This document shows, one piece after another, positions 44,497 to 48,635 of a DNA stretch of 48,635 bases. This stretch comes from Candidatus Coproplasma excrementavium (lineage in GTDB: Bacteria; Bacillota; Clostridia; Christensenellales; Borkfalkiaceae). Where the stretch lies: positions 1-48,635 of the forward strand of contig DVMA01000006.1 in the NCBI GenBank assembly GCA_018715195.1. The letters are read 5' to 3'. Below the pieces are notes generated by a model. The model did not search any database and was not told the DNA's origin. It saw only the letters and a program-made list of their open reading frames with translations. A program made the translations under genes and the position numbers. The stretch's first letter is position 1, and the number at the start of each line of letters is the position of its first letter.

Positions 44497-44657
44497 TATT
44501 TAAATTCCCCTTATCATAGCGCGCAAAAACGGCGATAGTTGCCGCATATATGCGCCTCTTTTGCCATATGAGGCAAATTTTTCCCTTAACGGCACAGATA
44601 CTGTGCCTGAGTACGGCGGCCGAAATTTTTTCAGCTGCCCGCAATAAGTTTTTATAT

Positions 44658-44686
44658 ATTATACCACCCGCGCGCGATAAATGCAA
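44658..44686 (-). promoter_or_regulatory. SigA-type promoter TTGCAT-17-TGgTATAAT of the hydrolase operon
   Basis: Minus strand has TTGCAT (44681-44686), a 17-nt spacer, and TATAAT (44658-44663) with an extended -10. This leaves a ~160-nt leader with several hairpins. Confidence 0.6.
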
Positions 44687-44718
44687 CAATATGCGCCGCA
44701 CACCGCATTCGGGCAGTT

Positions 44719-45729
44719 TTACACAAGATTTTTGAAAAGTTCGAGATTTTTCGGCGAAATAGTGCGCTCTCCGCGCTCGATTTCGTGCACGCCGTTGCAG
44801 ATAATGCTGTTGAGCGGACCGTCAGCGCCCTTCTTCTTTGCATAGGCGAGCGCCGCGCCGTTTATGAAGTCAATTTCGCACAGTCTGCCCGCGGCCAGGT
44901 CGCAGTACATTCCCGAAACTATGTCGCGGTGCTTTTTCATTGCAAGCGGTATTATCATATAGGACAGCCATTTTGTGAAAGGTCCGCGGTAGCCGAGTAT
45001 TTTTTCCACGTTGTGGCCCTGCACTTTAGCGGGGCGTATGCCGCAGACCTTTGCCATGTCAAAGCACTCTTTAAGCACCGCCTGCGCCACTTTTCTTGCA
45101 TACTTATTATCGCAAATCTGTCCAAAAGTCAGCCCTGTAAGCGCCGAAATGCCCGAAAAAGCGCAGTTTATGGTGAGTTTTGACCACCTTGCGCCCACAA
45201 AATTTTCTTCCACGGTGACCTTGCCCATCAGGCTCAAAAGATTTCTGACGTCCTCAAGCCTGTTGCATTTGCCGAAAATTGTGCCGAGAGCAAATTCCAA
45301 TGCGTCCGTGCGGGTGGTCAGCCGCGCGCTGCCCTTGCCCAGAAAGGTAGCTCCCCAGGAAACGGCACAGCCGCAGCAGCGTTCCTTGCCCACGATTTCA
45401 CCGACAAGAGGTTCGGGCAGACCGTTCTGTGTGGTGCATACCACTCCGTCCTCCGCAAGATATGGCGACAGAAATTTAAGAATTTCGGCGTTGTGACGCT
45501 GTTTGGTCATGAGGAAAATGACGTCGTATTCCCCCTCCATCTCCTCGGGCAGGTACGCCTTTACGGGCACGGTGAATTCAGCCTCGCCCACAATGTGCGC
45601 GCCGCCCGACCTGAGCGCCGCTATATGCTCCCTGTTGCGGGAAATAAGGTCAATGCTGCCGCCGTTTTTTGTTATGTATGCGCCGAGCACCGTACCCATT
45701 GCGCCCGCGCCGTAGATTGCCGCCCTCAT
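44719..45729 (-). CDS. panE: Ketopantoate (2-dehydropantoate) reductase family oxidoreductase
   Basis: N-terminal Rossmann IYGAGAMGTVLGA and ApbA/PanE-like length and layout. The start overlaps the stop of the upstream GH3 reading frame by 4 nt. Confidence 0.8.
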   Translation of the reverse strand: MRAAIYGAGAMGTVLGAYITKNGGSIDLISRNREHIAALRSGGAHIVGEAEFTVPVKAYLPEEMEGEYDVIFLMTKQRHNAEILKFLSPYLAEDGVVCTTQNGLPEPLVGEIVGKERCCGCAVSWGATFLGKGSARLTTRTDALEFALGTIFGKCNRLEDVRNLLSLMGKVTVEENFVGARWSKLTINCAFSGISALTGLTFGQICDNKYARKVAQAVLKECFDMAKVCGIRPAKVQGHNVEKILGYRGPFTKWLSYMIIPLAMKKHRDIVSGMYCDLAAGRLCEIDFINGAALAYAKKKGADGPLNSIICNGVHEIERGERTISPKNLELFKNLV

Positions 45730-48079
45730 TTTTTATTCTCCTTTCTGCGTTCCTTGCCCGTGATTATCTTTCTGAGTCCGCTGAAAAATCTGCCGTTGCA
45801 CATATCCACAAACCCGTGCGCCTGCGCGAGGTTGAAACCCGCGTACTGCATTGCCGAACGCACGCTTATGTAGCGGAACGTGAGCAGAGCCTTGTTCTTT
45901 TTGCCCGTGCAGTACCAGTCGGCAATGCGGTATATTAGCCGCCCCGTTACGCCGTTTGCACGCTTTAAATCAATCAGCGGGCTGTGCAGAGTGATTACCT
46001 CCCTGCCCACGGGCTGGGGCGCGGGAGATGCGGTCTTGTCCTTTGCCATAACGTAGGCAATAAGCCGTTCGCGCAAGGCAATACCTGCACCCGCGGAGGG
46101 CGCGCTCTGACCGTTTATCTGAATTACCGAATAAAGGCGTATATCGCGCGAGGAAGAGCCTACGCCTATGCCGTATTCACCGCCATATATGGCGAAACTA
46201 TGCGTATTTTCGTCGAATATCCGCAGCACGTTTTTGTTGAGCGGAATGAAGATAACCTGCTCCTGCCCCGGCTGGAGATATACCTTTTTATACCCCATAA
46301 GTTTTTTTACGGGAGTGCATACGCCGCAGTCGGGAAGGTACACGTACACCTGCGCCACCTCTGCGCCTGCGGTAAAGCCGATATTTTTTACCCTGAACGC
46401 CACGCCGCTCTCCGTTGCGCTTAAGCGCGAGTACTCGAACTGCGTATAGGAAAGGCCGTGACCGAAGGGATATTTTACCGCAACTTCCGCCGCGTCGTAC
46501 CAGCGATAACCCACTAAAATATCCTCTTCGTAGCGGCATATGTAGGGGTCTTTTGCGTATTCCGCGCCGCAGGGTACATCTTCATAGGAGATGGGGAAGG
46601 TCTGCGCGAGCTTGCCGCAAGGTACGGCACTGCCGCAAAGAAGGTCGGCAACAGCGCCGCCCGTTCCCGCGCCGGTGAGAGGCATATACAGCACCGCGGC
46701 ACAGCTTTCGTCCCAGGAGGTATCCACAGCCGAACCCGAGAACAGCACTACTATCGGGTGAACGCCCTCGGCCGCGAGCGCGCTCAGAAGTTCCGTCTGG
46801 CAGGCGGGCAGCAGCATATCTTCCCTGTCGCCGCCCTCGGCGTCGTCCATATCCGAAAGGCCGACAAACACGACCGCGTGTTCGGCCGTCTTTGAAAGTT
46901 TTACCGCCTCGGCAATAAGTTTTGCGTTGCGGCGGCCGTCACTCTGATAGCCGCGGGCAAAGCCCGTAACCACGAAGCGGCTGCGCAGACAGGAGAGAAT
47001 ATCGTCCGACGCGTTGAAATTGACCTTTGCCGAACCGCCGCCCTGAAGGTGAGGGTTGACGCACAAATCGCCTATGACCGCCACGGACGAGCCGCCGCGT
47101 ATGGGCAGAACGCTGTTTTTTAAAAGTACGGCGCAGTTCTGCGCGGCCGTGCGCGCAAGCGCGAGGTGAGCCGACATATCGCACGGCGGCTGCGCCGCGC
47201 GGGAGTACTTCTGCGCAAAGGCGGCTATGCGGTTGACGCAGCTGTCAATCTCCTCCTCGGCAAGGTTGCCCGAAAGCACGGCATTTTTTAGCTGTTCGGC
47301 GGAAAAGGCACAGCGGGGCATCTCTATATCCTCACCCGCCTTTACGCCCGCAACGCGGTCGCTTGTGCCCGTCCAGTCGGAAATGACTATGCCGTCAAAA
47401 CCCATTCGCAGCGGAGTATGTCCGAAATAAGCCACTTGTTTTCCGAACAGAATTTATCGTTGAGCTTGTTGTAGGCCGTCATTACGCAGGCCACTCCGCC
47501 CTGCGTTACAGCCATTTCAAAGGGAACGAGGTACACCTCTCTGAGGGCGCGTTCAGATACTTCTGAAGAGTATATGGTGCGGGCAAATTCGCGTCCGTTT
47601 ACGGCAAAGTGCTTTACGCACGCCGCCGTGCCCGTGCTCTGCACGCCCTGAATGTACTGCGCGGCAAGACTGCCCGCAAGGTATTCGTCCTCGGAAAAAT
47701 ATTCAAAATTTCTGCCGCAGAGAGGGTTGCGCTTTAAGTTTACGCCGGGGCCGAGCAGTACGTTTACGCCTGCGGAGGCCGCCTCCTCGCCGAGGGCTGT
47801 GCCAACGGCGTACACAAGTCCGCCGTCCCACGAGCAGGCCAGCGCAGAGAGCGAGGGAAAGCCCGTTGCGGGAAGGGTATTTTCCATTTCCGAGCGGTTG
47901 CCGTTGCCCGCCTCTATCCTGAGGCCTGAAGGGCCGTCGGCAAAGCGCACGGAGGGTACCCCGCGGGAGGAATAGTCCTGCGTGGTCCAGAAGTCGCGAC
48001 CGCTTAAAAGTGCGGTCTTTTCATTGAGATTGAGGCGGAGTGAAGGCAAAGTCACGCCGCGGGGTTCATTTGTATTCAT
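45726..48079 (-). pseudogene. GH3 beta-glucosidase split by a single-base frameshift (or assembly error)
   Basis: ORF 47387-48079 ends ...SDILRCEWVLTA*. The -1 frame continues GFDGIVISDW (GH3 nucleophile block) as ORF 45726-47435. The reading GAATGGGTTTTGAC needs one more G (plus-strand CCC run 47400-47402) to give CEWGFDG. Confidence 0.8.
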
Positions 48080-48288
48080 ACGAAAATTTTACCACAACGG
48101 CGAAACAATTGCAATATTAACGCGCCCATTTATTTCACCGCCGACAGTTATGCACAAAAAATTTACATACCAAAGTACATACGGGCGCGCCACGCACAAA
48201 TACGGATATCGCGGATACGAAAATTGTTGCCGCACGCATATATTACTTTGCAGGCGGGCATACTAGCTAACAAGGAGATGAAACGCTT

Positions 48289-48528
48289 ATGTTGATTGCA
48301 AATTTTGTTGCGTATATTCTGTGCATAGTAGGCGCACTCAACTGGGGTCTTTACGGCATATTCAACTTCAACCTTGTAAGCTGGATATTCGGCGGCCCCC
48401 GCACGGCGGGTTCGATTACGGTATATATCATTATTGCCGTAGCCGCACTCTGGCTTATACTCTCGCCCATCATTTCGGGCTGGGGCTTAAGACTTTCCCG
48501 CCGCGACGACATGCGCGAAGCTAACTAA
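48289..48528 (+). CDS. DUF378-family small membrane protein
   Basis: GALNWGLYGIFNFNLVSWIFG matches the DUF378 signature. It has two TM segments and an AGGAGA SD. Confidence 0.8.
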   Translation: MLIANFVAYILCIVGALNWGLYGIFNFNLVSWIFGGPRTAGSITVYIIIAVAALWLILSPIISGWGLRLSRRDDMREAN

Positions 48529-48591
48529 AAAGCGCAAACCGCGCCGCCACGGCGGCGCTCTACATAAAAAGTTCAGGCAAAAATATGCAAT

Positions 48592-48623
48592 GGGCGGCAC
48601 ATATGTGCCGCCCATTTGCTTTT
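48592..48623 (+). terminator. Palindrome GGGCGGCACAT/ATGTGCCGCCC followed by ATTTGCTTTT (probable terminator)
   Basis: 22-nt perfect palindrome at 48592-48613 followed by a T-rich tail, about 65 nt after the DUF378 stop. Confidence 0.5.
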
Positions 48624-48635
48624 AAAAGCGGCGGG

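Noticed and set aside
47387-47435. Programmed ribosomal frameshift in the GH3 gene
   Set aside because: There is no slippery heptamer or downstream structure. The shift is a simple missing base in a G-run inside a conserved catalytic block. A mutation or a sequencing error is far more likely.

Overview
This is a chromosomal segment with Clostridia-type Firmicute hallmarks. It has GGAGG Shine-Dalgarno sites, near-consensus TTGACA-17-TATAAT promoters and GC-hairpin/T-tract terminators, with GC-rich coding DNA against very AT-rich intergenic DNA. I support about 36 protein genes. I see no rRNA, tRNA, CRISPR array or recognisable mobile element. The left ~20 kb is a glutamine/nitrogen hub. It holds pyrG, an acyltransferase translationally coupled to a GltS-like carrier, and dapF. 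It also holds a five-gene split (archaeal-type) glutamate synthase interrupted by purA, a ClC channel, an ammonium transporter fused to a PII domain, and a type III glutamine synthetase. Next come a polytopic membrane protein, aroA, a U32 (TrhP-like) protein, a TrmR-like O-methyltransferase and RNase J with a long basic N-terminal extension. After those lie a 1226-aa hyper-acidic nested-repeat protein, serC-serA, and a MarR plus heterodimeric ABC exporter module. The right end holds a small tail-anchored protein, a SpoIVA homologue, an ATP-grasp ligase, three alpha/beta hydrolases, panE, a frameshifted GH3 beta-glucosidase and a DUF378 protein. Five items look most unusual. (1) An intact SpoIVA homologue has lost the Walker A lysine and about 130 residues of its ATPase core. 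(2) A ~700-bp gene-free array of phased CATATG-type motifs and DnaA-box-like 9-mers sits between two converging terminators. (3) The giant acidic repeat protein has a basic C-terminal domain I cannot assign. (4) The Amt-PII fusion. (5) purA sits inside the split glutamate synthase operon. All functional calls rest on reading the translated ORFs and on recalled family motifs. No database search was possible.
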